From Octopus vulgaris (lineage: Eukaryota), in assembly GCA_951406725.2 (NCBI GenBank), contig OX597818.1, positions 29,264,001 to 29,328,000 on the forward strand: 64,000 bases of DNA, in the 5' to 3' direction. Under the pieces are notes generated by a model. The model saw only the letters and a list, made by a program, of their open reading frames with translations, had not been told where the DNA came from and ran no database searches. Every line of letters starts with the position of its first letter. The first letter of the stretch is position 1. The position numbers were made by a program, and so were the translations under genes. This document shows positions 14,606 through 28,210 of this stretch, one piece after another.

Positions 14606-17185
14606 CTAGCTGAAATACCTACTGTTGCCCAGGTTAAAGAAAATAATGAAATTTAAAAATACCTTTTAGATCTCTAACATGAAACACAGACTACACTGGT
14701 CTTACCTCCTAGTAGCTGAGATACCAACTTTATACATTAATAACCTGCCGTTTCCCAGGTTATTGGAAATAATGAAATTTAAATATGCCTTTTAAATCCC
14801 TAACTAAAATGAAACATGGATTATGCAGTTCTCAACAGTAATTAGCTGAGGTACAAACTATTAATGTCAATAACATGTTTTATCCAATGTTTTCACTGTT
14901 AGAACTGTTAAAGACCAGGTAGTTCTTTGTCTTTGCAATCACCTTCAATTATCAGTACTTATTTGAAATGCATTGAACCTGAAAGTACATAAATTTGAGA
15001 AGAACCAGTCTGCAGGCACTCTCCTCCTGTTAATAAGTACATTTAATAAAAATTTTATGTGATGATGTGAGTATAAACAAATGTATTGAAACAAATCCAG
15101 CAATCAGTCACAGTTTAATTATCTAGAGCTTCTAAATGATGTTTAGAGTGTGTCTTTAATTGGTGTATAAATGAAAAGATTTTGGGGACTTCCAACCTGC
15201 GAACATCCTACATATAATTGCCCATGCGAGAAGCAAGGTGATGTTTAACAAGAGAGACTGTCCTTATTTATTAACATAGTGAAACTTAGTTTCACTGGGA
15301 GCTGGAACCATTTAAATTCAAAGGGGATGTCATGTGGGATTAACAGGATCTGTGGAATGAAGACATCTTCACCCTTATAGTTCCTGGTCATAATTATTGC
15401 TTCTGGGACATGGAGTCACATCACTTTCATCACCAGTCTGGTGCCATTGCACAGACGAGGTGATTCCAGATTCCTGAGCAGCATGATTGGGGCCTCCTTT
15501 TTAAGTGTTAAGTGATGAGGTAGTGTCCCAGATGGCTGTAGAGAGTTCAAGAACTTAGTTTGAAAGACTGTTATTGTCCAGGCAACAGCTACAAGAGATC
15601 CCAATCGATTTTGTTAATAGCATCATTACATGGAACTAAGATGGCTCACTCACAGAGCCATTGACTGTTGCTAAAGTTTTGTGCAATGTTTGGGAGCACA
15701 TGCATTATGAGATCATTGACAGTTGGTACCATCTCACCACAGGCTTTCTGCCCCTCCCCACCAACTTTGGATGATGATAACTTTCAGAAAAATGGATATT
15801 TTTTAATGAAATTTTTAATGAATATGTGTTATATCACGTAGATTCCCAACATACAAATTTTGGGGGGAAAAGTATTTTATCAGGGGTTGGAGGAGGATTT
15901 TCGGAAAATTCACCGGAATCCACTTGAATTTGTCTTAACTTTAAGAAAATGGATATTCTTTAATACAAATATACCTTGAAGTATGTAGATTCCATCCATA
16001 TAGGATTTGGGAGGAAAACAATTGGGGATTCTTTTTGTGAACTATTCCCCACTGGAGGATGTTTCAGAACAAGTTATCCATATTTGTTTCAGTTTCTCCG
16101 TTTTGTGTGTTTGTGCACCTGTATATAACCCTTAACCCTAGTTGTAAAATTTCAAGAAAAAAATTGAAAAGTTAAGGAGTGGGTGTATTAAAAAGTCTAA
16201 AAGTAGATTTTTTGCATTTTCAGAATCTCCATTGGAGACAAGGTGGGAATACAAAGAAAAAACAAAAGCACAAAAGGGTAGCATGCTTATTTTCAGTGTC
16301 CTCACACACACACATATAATGAAAAAAGATCAAATGAGGAATTATTCCATTCAGTATCATGTTTATTTTAGAGATTATGTAACAAATTATACTTTACACT
16401 TCTATATTTAACTGTGCATTTATAAACGGTAGAGGAGTAGGGGCCGAAACTGGACGTGGTTCCTCCTGATGATGTCTTGAGCTAACTGGATCCTATAAAG
16501 GAGCTGTTGTGGTAGCAGACCACGAAACATGGTTGTAATTCCTTCCTTATTTTTGCCTCTGATGTCTTCTCCCTTTCTATTAGAACCATTTACCTGGGAA
16601 TTTACTTTCGTGAAAAAAACAATGTATGCAATAGATAAGTCATGTTAGAAGCATATATCTGTGTACCATACGTTCAGCTGTTATTTTTAGCATGAGTTTT
16701 CTGATGAGGGGTTCATTTGCTTTCATTGCCTGTTGCTTCAGTAGAAATCTATGGATGCACAAAAGAGAGAAAATGTAACAAATACGGATGACTTGTTCCA
16801 AAACACCTCCGAATGAGGAACAGTTCTGAAAAATAATCCCCAATTGTTTCCCCCCACCCCAAAATTCCTATATGTACATATAGGATTTCCCACAAAATCT
16901 TATATGTATATAGTCCAAGGTATATTTGTCAACAATTTCATTTAAAAATATCCATTTTCGTGAAAGTTAAGCAGATTGAAGAGGACTCCAGTGAACACTT
17001 CCCCAACAAATTTTATATATTCAGAATCTACATGATATAGAACATATTCGTAGAAAATTTCATTAAAAAATATCCATTTTTCTTAAAGTTATGATCATCC
17101 AAAGTCTCTGAGGGTTGCAGAAATCTGTAATTATGCCCTGTTGACAATTGATCAATTAAATGAAATCTCCATATGAAATTTTTTT

Positions 17186-17222
<37 letters not shown>

Positions 17223-17918
17223 TAAGTATATATCTTACACAAATAGAAAGCCGGAGAAGAAAATATACAATGTAAGTAACTTTAGAAATTCTTTTTTATC
17301 TGAAATCATCAGAACTGTAATGATGTATACATACGTGTGTGTGTGTGTGTGTGTGTAAATAGCTGGTTACTTAGTTACTATGTTGGCATTGACAATACAA
17401 TTAAGTGAAAGTGTTAATAAGTTGATTTGCATCAAGAATAATCACATGGGATTTAAATGTGAAATATCAAGTCTTAATAAAGCCACTTGTTCCCAAAATG
17501 GACAAAATATGTTTTGGAAAATTAATGTACAATGTATAGTACCTCATTTAATTAACTGAAAAAATGGTGTCTGTCTCCGTATGAAATTATTTTTCTGACA
17601 TGAAAGTACCTTTAGAAATTCTTTTTGTCAGAAATCATCACAGCTGTAATAATGTATATATACATGTGTGTGTAAATATCTGGTTAGGACATCAAAGACA
17701 GGAAGTTCAAGCACAGGAAGTTGAGAAAACGATTTGAACAAGTGAATCTTTTCTATAGAGCAATATTATTTATTTTAAAAAACAAAAAATAAATCAAGAT
17801 TACATTATTCTTTCCAAGGTCAAATTATTCATGTACCCCAAGTATGGTACAAATTAATTCAGAACTTTGAGCATGCATTGAGGACACACACAGACAGGGT
17901 ATTTTTTTTATATTAAGA
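14606..17918 (-). mobile_element. Second Helitron (defective)
   Basis: On the minus strand: 5' TCTTAATATAAAA at 17918 and 3' subterminal hairpin plus CTAG at 14606. Helicase remnant FLNSLQPSGTLPHHLTLKKEAPIMLLRNLESPRLCNGTRL. A|T insertion supported by an empty site near 7106. Confidence 0.82.
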
Positions 17919-18989
17919 TATTATATATTTTAATTATCTACTTCTACTCTTATATAATTTAATTGATTATTATCATTATTATTAAATTTAAATATAAATA
18001 TGAATATTAAACAAGAGCAGAAATCTCCACCAAGGCAACACTAACATCCTCTCAATGATTAACTGGAGAGGATTTTTAAAATGAGAATATCTGAAATAAA
18101 CTCAACTGCTCTCACAAACGAGAATACTAAAAATGAACCTGACTGCTCTCAAAAATTAAGTAAAAAACACGGAAAATTAATCCAGAATCCTTATCCACTA
18201 TCTGATCCATCCCAATGGTAGTCATGGAATGTGAAGGTGGGTGTGTGGGGCCATATTTGTAATGCTGCATGTGTGTCGTCTGCATTGGGAACAGGAACAG
18301 TTTTCTCTATGAAAGCCTTTTTTAGTCTATCCACTAATATAGTGTCTTAATGACCATTAAAGTCTATAGTGAAATATTTATCCATGTGTGAAAGAAAATG
18401 GAAAGGACCTGCATACAGTGCTGTTAACGGAGGTTTAACAACATCGTTGCACACAAAAATGTGAGTTCAAGAAGTAAAGCTTCCTTCAAGGCAGAGCTAG
18501 AAATGCAATTGCCAAGTAGGTAAGAGGTTTTGAACAAGAGCTATATATTCAAAATTGGTAAAACTAAAAATTATCAAGGATAAATTAAATTTATTATTGT
18601 TACTAAATATTTTAGTGTTATTTAATTTCTGAGCAGTTTTGCTGCCATTTGTTTATGTAGTTTGATTTCTTTGTCCATCAGTTTCTACTAAGATAGAGAT
18701 GTGTGTAAAATTAATATTAGAGAAACAAAATAATACTTTGGAAGCAACAACACTGTCATAACTTATGTGGAAACCATGGGTGTGCTTTCAAGGGAGATGA
18801 TCAGAGAAAGACTTAAAATTCAGTGAAAGATCGTAATACTTAAGTAAATATAACAAATAATCTAGAATCCTTGTCCAGTACCAGATTGATCCCAAAATCT
18901 AATCAGTTTATGCTAGCCATGAGGCCAAGCATCCCTGAAAGTTTCATCTGAATTCATCTGGTTGTTCTTGAGATATCTTGTCCACCAGC

Positions 18990-20739
18990 TTTGATTTTAG
19001 TTTCACTCATGCTAGAAACAAATTTTTCACTGAGATATTTGAATCCTTCACTGTCTACATTCATGGCCGTAACAAAATTCTTAAACAAGCCAAATTTAAT
19101 GTGTAAGGGATGAAGGAAAATTTTCTGAAGGTCAACTAAAGGGATATATATTTAATGTCATATCTCCCTGGAGTGAATTCTCTTCACTTTGGCCACTGTT
19201 TTTGATTATAGTGATGCTTGTCATCTCTGCTGTTCTAAAGGCACAAAAAGCACTAATGCTTTACATACCCCATTTGCAACCCAAGAAGCAAACCAATAAC
19301 TTTCAAGTCCCTGCATATATTCCACTTGTGTTCAGAATATTTAATCAAGTGCAAAATTTTATCCATTGATTCATACATTTCCTTTAATCCTACATGCAAT
19401 GAATTAATGCAATTCTGTATGCCGTTTTGAAAGTATGAATATTTTATAACATGGTGTAAAAGATTCTATTGTTTCAACCTGGAGCCCAGTAGTTCTGACT
19501 TTTCTTTTGTTAAACCCAAGTCTCTAACTAAATCATTTAACTCAAATGGACTCAATAAATACAGAACTTTTTTCGAAGATCCTGGTTCATCACAGTGATC
19601 TGCGGTATCACTTGACATGCCTTCAATTGAAGTAGATGCAGTATTTTCTTCATTTAAACTATCTTTGTCAAAAGATGAAGGAGGTTCTGGAATTGGAATA
19701 TTTTCAGCAGCATGAGAAACTGGTTTTAAAGCTGAAGAGCAATCTCGACAAACAAATCTTGGATTTGTTCTCCCTAGAGAAACCTGTGATATTAGTTAAG
19801 CAGAAATAACAATTGGTATAGTGGTTTGTTGGTTTGCGCATACTTTTCCGTTTATCTTTCAACCATTGGGTTAGAGCTATGTAGCAGCTTTTGCAACAAA
19901 GAGGAGGTGCCCACAGTTTATCTTGGTCCCCAACTTTGGACCCAAAGTAAAGCTTGTAAGCATTTTAAAATTTTGTTGTAAGCTTATTTCTCTGATCTTT
20001 TGATGTAAATTTTCCACACATAACAAAAGCTGTCCTGGTGATTAGCACAAACTTGTCTCCTCATCAAAAATAAACAGAAATAACCTAAATCAACACTCAA
20101 TGAAGACTATCAGCAAACTAAAATATAAAATAAATCAAATGTAAATGTTACTGTAAAACATCAAAATATATTTCTCAAAAAAATCATTGAAATTATTATA
20201 GAATGTACTGAAGCTATGGCTATCATGAAACAATTCTTTCCATCTCTAAATTTCAAGGATTGATCACTTTAATAAATAACTAAACTTTCTACTAAACTGC
20301 TTTTCATGTAACCTGGCTCTCTTATTTGATGTATTTTGTTTTAACAGCACTAGCAGTTATCAAGGAAAGGGTGTCTGAGTGGCTTTCTATAACTTAATAT
20401 CAATAGCCTTCTGTGAGGAGAACTTTACTATAATTACAGCAATAACAAAGTAAAATAAATTCTCATCTTGTGTGACAATTTAACAGGTAGCCTACATTTA
20501 ACCTCTATTAGCACTTATTTTTGTTTCCGTGATGAGTATATGAATGAAAATTGAAAGCAAATAGCCTACTACTTTGTCAATATTATCAATTGGTTGGAAA
20601 ATCTGATGCTGTGAATAACTAAAAAAGCTACACTTGCTGTCTGAAAACTGATGTCAGATTCAGATTCAGTACCTTAAAATTACCCTAAATCATCTGAAAA
20701 AGTTTAAATAGCATGACAGTTTGTTTTTTTTGCCCAATG
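18990..20739 (-). mobile_element. DNA transposon relic, possibly Chapaev3-like
   Basis: Frameshifted minus-strand reading MRRQVCANHQDSFCYV..GDQDKLWAPPLCCKSC..W..KPTNHYTNCYFC resembles a Chapa-type Zn finger; candidate terminus cattgggcaaaaaaaa. Family assignment is from memory. Confidence 0.5.
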
Positions 20740-21311
20740 ATATTGTTATTAGTAATACTGAATTAAAAAAATGAATGAATATTTTTAACAATGCGTGCAC
20801 ACACACTTATACATTGTAAACATAAATATATATTCTGTGTATAAATTGAATATTCCATCAAATCACTATGTAGTCTTTATATGTAACCTGAAGATTTTCA
20901 CCAAAGGTATTTAAAATGAAAATTTTATTTATATTTGTATATGTCTTGTAATTTTGACTTCATGAAATGAAACAATTGTAGGTGATGGTATTGATTAATT
21001 AATAAATTCATTTATATTCAATTCATTTCCATTTTCTAATTATCATCATCATTATTATTATTATTATTATTACATATATATAAATAAATAAGATATTCAG
21101 TGATCTGGATGGTTGTACATATACAAATATTTATTAAAGTGTGAAATGTTTTTACAAATCACATATAAGCACTTTCATCTACTCTAATAGATTTTTCAGA
21201 TTTAAATTTTGTGAAGGGATTTATCTATTTTTATAGTATTAGTGAATAGGTTGGGGTGGAGAGGGAGAGGGGAGAAAGAAGAATAATGTGGAGGGAGGGA
21301 AAAACTGAGAA

Positions 21312-21351
<40 letters not shown>

Positions 21352-21712
21352 CCTGTATCTGAAAGGAACCTTTTGAACAAGAGACAAAGAAAAAGAATAT
21401 ATATTTTTAAGTAGGTGGCTAGGACAGATGCTTACTTTGGTTCAGCCAGCTCACCAGGTTTTCTGAAAGAAAAATGTTTTCAAAGTGAAAAAATGTGTTT
21501 TTTCTTAGTGTCAATGGAAAAGAGAAGGAAAGAAAGGAAGGAAGAAAGAAGAAAACATGTGTTTATATCTATACAGTTGGTCAGTTCTTTCAATAGATGA
21601 TGACAAGTTGATTCTTGGTCTGTAAAAATGCCAAGACCAGGTGGTTACTGTAAGTTTCGTTTTTGGATTTGGTTTGCAAGATTCTTTATATGAGTTCGTG
21701 TGTTGAAGCATA

Positions 21713-24350
21713 TTCTGTTGTGTCTGGGGAGAGTCATTTTCTTTTTGTGCCTTATGATATAACACACTCACAGGGGAAAATTTCCATTTATTTCTTATTT
21801 TTATTTTCCTAAAATTTTCGTTGCGTCTTGCAACCTTTTCAATAGTCTTGACTGTCTATTATTTACACTGAGTTCCTTTTTGTTTGTTTGTGCGCATGTG
21901 TGTGGGTCAGTCTGTGTGTGTGTGCCTATGCATGCATGCATGCATGTATGTATGTGTGTATGTATGTATGCAAGTGTGTGTAAGTATATATGTGTGTGTA
22001 TGCATATGTATACATGTATGTATGTGTGTGCATCTGTATATATGTATTCTGCATATTCATGTGCTTGCATGTCCGTGTTTGTGTATTTTCTATGTATGTG
22101 TGTGTGTGAGCGTATGTTTGTATACGTATGCACCTCTGTCTCCTTGTGTGTGCATGTCTGTGTATGTACATATCTGTGTGTGTGTTTGTTTTGAAACTAT
22201 ATACTGTGTATGGATGTGGATCTTTTTTTGTGTGGACCAGTGTCTCCATATGTGTCCTTGTGGGGAGTAAAGTGTGTGTGTATATATGGTCATGTGTTTC
22301 AGTCTCCATTTGCGTATGTGTGCTTGTTTGTTCTTATAATCTATGTACCCATCCATCTGTATGTATCCACATGTAGGTGTAGCTGGAAATGTGACTGGCC
22401 TCTTCATGACCTGTTGGAACAGAAAACTTAAACAAAGGTTAGCAGAACAGTCCTTAACTCTTCTACTCTACAGTAGATATGAAGATGACATTAATATCAT
22501 AGTTAGAACCAACTCTAGTGATGGTAATGTAGAAACTGAGAAGAACATAATGGAGAGCATCCAGCAAATAGCTAACTCCATCCATCAAAGTATCAAGTTA
22601 ACTATAGATTACCTCACTAAGCACCCCAACAATAGACTCCCTGTACTTGATACTGAACTTTGGTTAGAGACTGAACAATAGGTGCTGCTCTTCCACTCCT
22701 ATTACATGACACCCATAACTTCAAAATATGTTGTTCACAAGAACTCAACTGTGTCACACAAGATGAAAATTAACATACTGATTGCAGGCTTAGTTAGAAT
22801 AATTAACAATGTGTCTCCACTATGCGTCCCCTATAAAATGAAAAATACATATACAGAACTTCATGCACTGCATGCAATTCTCTGGGTATGATCAGAAAGG
22901 TAGGGTTCGAGTATACAGGGGGTGGGGGCAGCTAGTAGGAAATTAGGTAATGTTATACGTAATGATATCAGTGGTACCTGCCCTAAATATAGAAACAAAG
23001 AATGGAATAGGATACAAAGAACTTGTGACAAAGCAAACAGGGCGAACACGTGGTATAAAACCGACAAATATCAAGGAGTGATGTTTGTAGAAGCCACAGC
23101 CCATGAAGAACTAGCCCGTAGATTTAGAAAAGCTCTGAAGGAGACCAAACTCAACATTGTTGAAAAGCCAGGGAACTCCATCAGATCACAACTATGTAGG
23201 ACGTACTCCTTTGAGAATACCATATGCACCAATGATAACTGCATGGTATGTAGGATTAGCTCTGGCATTACCTGTAGAACTCGAAATGTAGTTTACAGCA
23301 TAAGATGCATAGAAGGTGCTTGTAAAGACATGAACATGACGTACATAGGGGAGACATCTAGGAGCATTGCGGAACGACGAAATGGACATCTGAGACAATA
23401 TGATGACAAAAAACAGTCCTCCATACTTTACCAACATGCCAAAGACCACCATGGAGGCAGCTTGGGTCAACTTGACATCCGCATCTTATCCAAGCACCCA
23501 AATGACCCAACACTCAGACAAATACAGGAGTACGTCCTTATAAATGAAACTTCCCCAATACTAAATAGGAAATATGCATAGTAGATATCGTACCTCCATA
23601 CTCACAGTTTACACAGGTAGAGTAGAATAGTTAGTGGACTGTTATGTAGATAGATGTGTGTGTGTATGCACATGTTTTTTTTTTTTTTTTTTGTATGTAA
23701 GCATATGGATATGAAAATAAACAGTTCAACATACAGACGGATAGGTACATAGATTATAAGAACAGACAAGCACATATATGCAAATAGAGACTGAAACACA
23801 TGACCATATATACACACACACTTTACTCCACACAAGGACACATATGGAGACACGGGTCCACCCATATAGAGATCCATATCCATACATATAAACATGGTAC
23901 TTAGTTGCAAAACACACACACACACAAGGAGACAGAGGTGCATACATATACAAACGCACGCTCACACACATAGAAAATACACAAACACTAACATGCAAGC
24001 ACATGAATATGCAGAATACATACATACAGATGCACACACATACATACATATATACATATGCATACACACACATATATACTTACACACACTTGCATACATG
24101 CATACACACATACATACATACATACATACATACGTGCATGCACACACACACACTGACTCACACACATGCACACAAACAAACAAAAAGGAATTCAGTGTAA
24201 ATAACGGACAGTCAAGACTATTGAAAAGTTTGCAAGATGCGACGAAAATTTTAGGAAAATAAAAATAAGAAATAAATGGAAATTTTCCCCTGTGAGTGTG
24301 TTATATCATAAGGCACAAAAAGAAAATGACTCTCCCCAGACACAACAGAA
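21713..24350. repeat. ~640-bp inverted repeat (21713-22365 / 23730-24350) flanking the PLE
   Basis: Arms are reverse complements, e.g. ttctgttgtgtctggggagagtcattttc versus gaaaatgactctccccagacacaacagaa. Confidence 0.92.
22380..23581 (+). mobile_element. Penelope-like element, 5'-truncated RT + GIY-YIG endonuclease
   Basis: RT motif YSRYEDD and LPVLD; Cys cluster CTNDNCMVC..C; GIY-YIG NVVYSIRC..TYIGETSRSIAERRNGH..RQIQE; stop codon and frameshifts. Confidence 0.9.
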
Positions 24351-24460
24351 TAATGAAAGTTATTTTTCAAAAAATTGTCTGGACTTATCATCATCATCAT
24401 TGTCCAATGCTTGATTCCCATACTGGTATGGGTTGGAAAATCTGGATGCAAGAATGTTTC

Positions 24461-24498
<38 letters not shown>

Positions 24499-24499
24499 C

Positions 24500-25012
24500 A
24501 TATATCTTAGGGTTCCAGATGGGTTTATAAGGAAGTTAATGTGGTTTTCATATTTTCAGTCATTCTGTTTGGGGGAGAATTTTGCTATGAAGTGTTGTTC
24601 CATATTCTTTCTGAAGAAAGTGTCATTCCTTAGGCATTTATAGAAGGGAAAGATCTTGAATCTTCCTTCTCCACATGTTCCTAAGTGGAATTTTTTGTAG
24701 CTCTCTCTCTCTCTCTCTCTGTTGGATATGTTGTCGGTGAATTCTGGCTCAGTCGCATAAAGAATTGCCAGTTTCACCTATATAGTTTTTGCATGTGGGA
24801 CAGGTTATGCAATATATTAAGTTTTGTGTCTTGCAATTCATGCTTGCATTTGCTTTGAATGTGTGTGACATCGAAGCTTGCAAGTATGGTATTTTCTGGG
24901 ACAGTATTTGGAATGTCTGTGAGAAAGTCTATGTCATCCCTTATGTAGCTTGGTATCAGTTGGCATAAAGGTTTGAGGAATACATCTATGAAGTGGCTTA
25001 GTTGTTGTGTTG
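24500..25012 (-). mobile_element. Second PLE RT fragment flanked by ~120-bp inverted repeats (24350-24470 / 25030-25150)
   Basis: LSHFIDVFLKPL..PSYIRDDIDFL..ILASFDV is a PLE RT N-terminal motif; the flanking arms are reverse complements. Confidence 0.8.
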
Positions 25013-25473
25013 GTGTGTGTATGTATATACATAAATAGAAATATTCTTGCATCCAGATTTTCCAACCTATACCAGCATGGGAATCAAGCATTGGACAATG
25101 ATGATGATAATAAGTCAAGACAATTTTTTGAAAAATAACTTTCATCATTCCTCATCAAAACAGACCTCCCTTAGAGTAACCACCTGGTCTTGCCATTTTT
25201 ACAGACCAAGAATCAACTTGTCATCATCTATTGAATGAATTGACCAACTGTATAGATATAAATACATTTTTTCTTCTTTCTTCCTCCCCTTCTTTCCTTC
25301 TCTTTTCCATTGACACTAAGAAAAAACACATTTTTTTCACTTTGAAAACATTTTTCTTTCAGACCCCCTGGTGAGCTGGCTGAACAAAATAAGCATCTGA
25401 CCTAGCCACCTACTTAAAAATATATATTCTTTTTCTTTGTCTTTTGCTCAAAAGCTTCCTTTCAGATACACAG

Positions 25474-25544
<71 letters not shown>

Positions 25545-25813
25545 CTCTCACTTTTTCTCCCACTGTCTCCCCATTTCTCTCCCTCTTTTCCTACCCTATA
25601 CACTCCACATTACTCTTCTCCCCCCTCTCTACTCCAACCCATTCACTAATACTGTAAAAAGAGATAAATCCCTTCACAAAATGTTAATCTGAAAAATCTA
25701 TTAGAGTAGATGAAAGTGCTTAAGTGTGATTTGTAAAAACATTCGACATTTTAATAAATATTTGTATATGTACAACCATCCAGATCTCTGAATACCTTAT
25801 TTTTTCTAATATT

Positions 25814-25872
<59 letters not shown>

Positions 25873-26301
25873 TCATTGTCATTTAACTTACATTTTCCTT
25901 GCTGTGGGTTGGACTGTTTGACATGGAACTTGCCAATTGGCCAGATTCCAGTTGTTTGTTATGGCATGGTTTGTACAACTGAATGCCTTTCCTAATGCCA
26001 ACCACTTAACAGAATGTGCTGGTTGCTTACTATGTGTCACTTGCACCTGAAAGAACAAGACTATGTATGGAAGACAGCAATTTTACTTAGTATGACACTA
26101 AAATAAATAAATGACAAATATTTTCTCTCTTACAATCATTGCCTACTTAAAATAGTTACAACAGTTAACATGTCCTTAGGGCTTTTGTCCTACTCTAATT
26201 TAAGACTGCATTAAGACAGAGAATGATGTAAAGGAAATTTGGCTTCTATTTCAGGCAGGTTGAGCCACTGTTTAAAGGCTCCCCAATAGCTTTATGTATA
26301 A

Positions 26302-27138
26302 CTAGCATTATGACCCGTCGTTGCCGGGTCATAGTGCTAGTGCATGTATATATGTATAGGGTTACAGTTTACAATTATTTAACAAATGCAACACAATAAC
26401 GTTTCCCTTACGAGGAACCAACAAACGTGATAACAATAGTTAAACAGTAATAATAACAACAAACCTTGCGGTGAATCAAATAGCAGTACGCAGTTGAAGC
26501 TATAGTCCTTTATGTATAAGAAATAAACCAACAGCAGTACTCAGTAGAAGCGGCTGTTCGAGAAAACAGACATTACAGACAGCCAAACTTCATATAGATA
26601 CTTAATGCTAGCTAATTAGCAGATAATCTAATGTAAAAGCCGTGGTAAACGGTATGTGCACAGCTCCATCTGGACTATTCCATTTCTGCACACTAATTTT
26701 ATTTTAATTTATTCCCATTCATGTGAAACCACTTATTCAAGTTCAAGTCATTGATGCAATTTTATACCAATTGCTATTCTTACTTTTGTTATGTTACGAT
26801 TATATTATACTTTAGTTTGATTTTAATTATTACTTACTATATATAATTCAATTGTTATTGTTATCTCTAATTTTTATTGTTAAAGTGAAAGTATCTGACA
26901 TAAAATAGAAAAATGTTTTTGTTTCACTTTTAATACGTAATACTGAAATAGTGGAGAAGATATGATATTGCTATGGGCTCGCCCTAGACAAGAAGTTGAA
27001 CATTTTTTGCCCATGAAACTACAAGGACCCTAAGTAAGGCATGTGTAAAATTTGAATGAACTTGGTTGTGTAGTTCTCAAGTTTTAGGGAAACACACAGA
27101 CAGACAGACACACATTCTCAGTTTTAAATATAGAGAGA
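26302..27138 (-). mobile_element. Non-autonomous Helitron/Helentron-like element
   Basis: On the minus strand: 5' tctctatatttaaaactgagaatgtgtgtctgtctgtc and a 3' hairpin cccggcaacgacggg..CTAG. Confidence 0.65.
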
Positions 27139-27384
27139 TTCATGTGTAGTTCTTGTTTTATTTAATGGTTGCCAAATACTCCAAGATTATTTTTATTGAG
27201 TTTCTCTTGTAAAATTTACTTCAGTAAGCTTTTTGTGCAGAGACTATTGATAGAATGCTTGGGATCTGCCAGCAATAGATATGTCACATGAAGAGAGGTT
27301 GGTCAACACAAAGAAATTCTCTATCAAAAAGATAATATATCAAAGATAGATGCATCATATTCTGATTATAATTGTGAGAATGAA

Positions 27385-28210
27385 TGTCATCATCATCTTC
27401 ATTGTCATTTAACATCCGTTTTCTATGCTGGCATGAGCTGGACAGTTTGACAGGATCTAGCAAGCCAGAAGCTGGCACCAGGCATCACTGTCTGTTTTGG
27501 CATGGCTTTTATGGCTGGATGCTCTTCCTAACACCAACCACCTTACAAAGTGGACAGTGCATTTTGCGGGACACCAGCACCAGCAAGGTCTGTTTTGGCA
27601 TGGTTTTTACAGCTGGATGCCTTTCCAAACACCAACCACTTTACAATGTGAACTGGATGCTTTTTATTTGGCACCAGATCTGCTTGAGTCATTCAGTAAT
27701 TCACTACACAAAGATCTTCTGAGGGGAGGGTGCATTGAAGGTGGTGGGTTTGTGTTAGGTGATGAGAGGTTATAGTTTGACAGCGGGGGACAGAAACTGG
27801 TATGTTGGTGTAGAGGAGATACATGGTTATCCAGTCAGAGGGAGAGACCGAGAGAGAGAAGCAAGAAGAAAGATCAAGAATGAGAGAGAGACTGGAAGAG
27901 AGTGTGAGAGAACATGAGAGAAAAGGGTGAGAGAGCGAGAGTGAGAAAGGTGAGAGAGAGAGAGAGTGATGGTGATGAAGTGCCAGGGCATACCTCAAGG
28001 TACAGGGATCAAAGTATAAATGGGATGGTAAATTATTTCCAAGGGTGCATGAGCAGGAAGTAAGGACTTGACATGAATGCAGAGAGCAGGGGGAAGGGGA
28101 ATATGATGACTGGTGAAACTTGGGTATATAGAGGAGGTGAGGGACAACAGGATGGCATTGTTACAAGGGGAAGGGTAGTGAGGACAGGATTGGGGTGTGA
28201 AAGGTGAGAA
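27385..28210 (-). repeat. RTE-associated 3' module plus GA-rich tract
   Basis: (CAT)n start, ttccatgctggcatg-like and ctggatgc..ccaaccac motifs; similar arrangement at 39840-40850 and 42255-43400. Confidence 0.55.

Larger units (their letters stand above)
21090..25800. repeat. Outer ~560-630-bp inverted repeat (21090-21654 / 25169-25800)
   Basis: gatctggatggttgtacatatacaaatatttattaaa versus its reverse complement near 25750-25790; similarity extends to ccaggtggttact / agtaaccacctgg. Confidence 0.92.

Noticed and set aside
16440-16760. CTGATGA..GAAAC motifs at about 16466 and 16701 as hammerheads
   Set aside because: No convincing stem I, II or III pairing could be built by eye.
21801-22431. 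Overlapping Cys/Val/His-rich ORFs (also 23602-24262)
   Set aside because: They come from TG/CA low-complexity sequence in the inverted arms.
25365-25415. CTGGTGAG motif in the outer inverted arm as a hammerhead
   Set aside because: No GAAA-stem III-NUH segment follows it.
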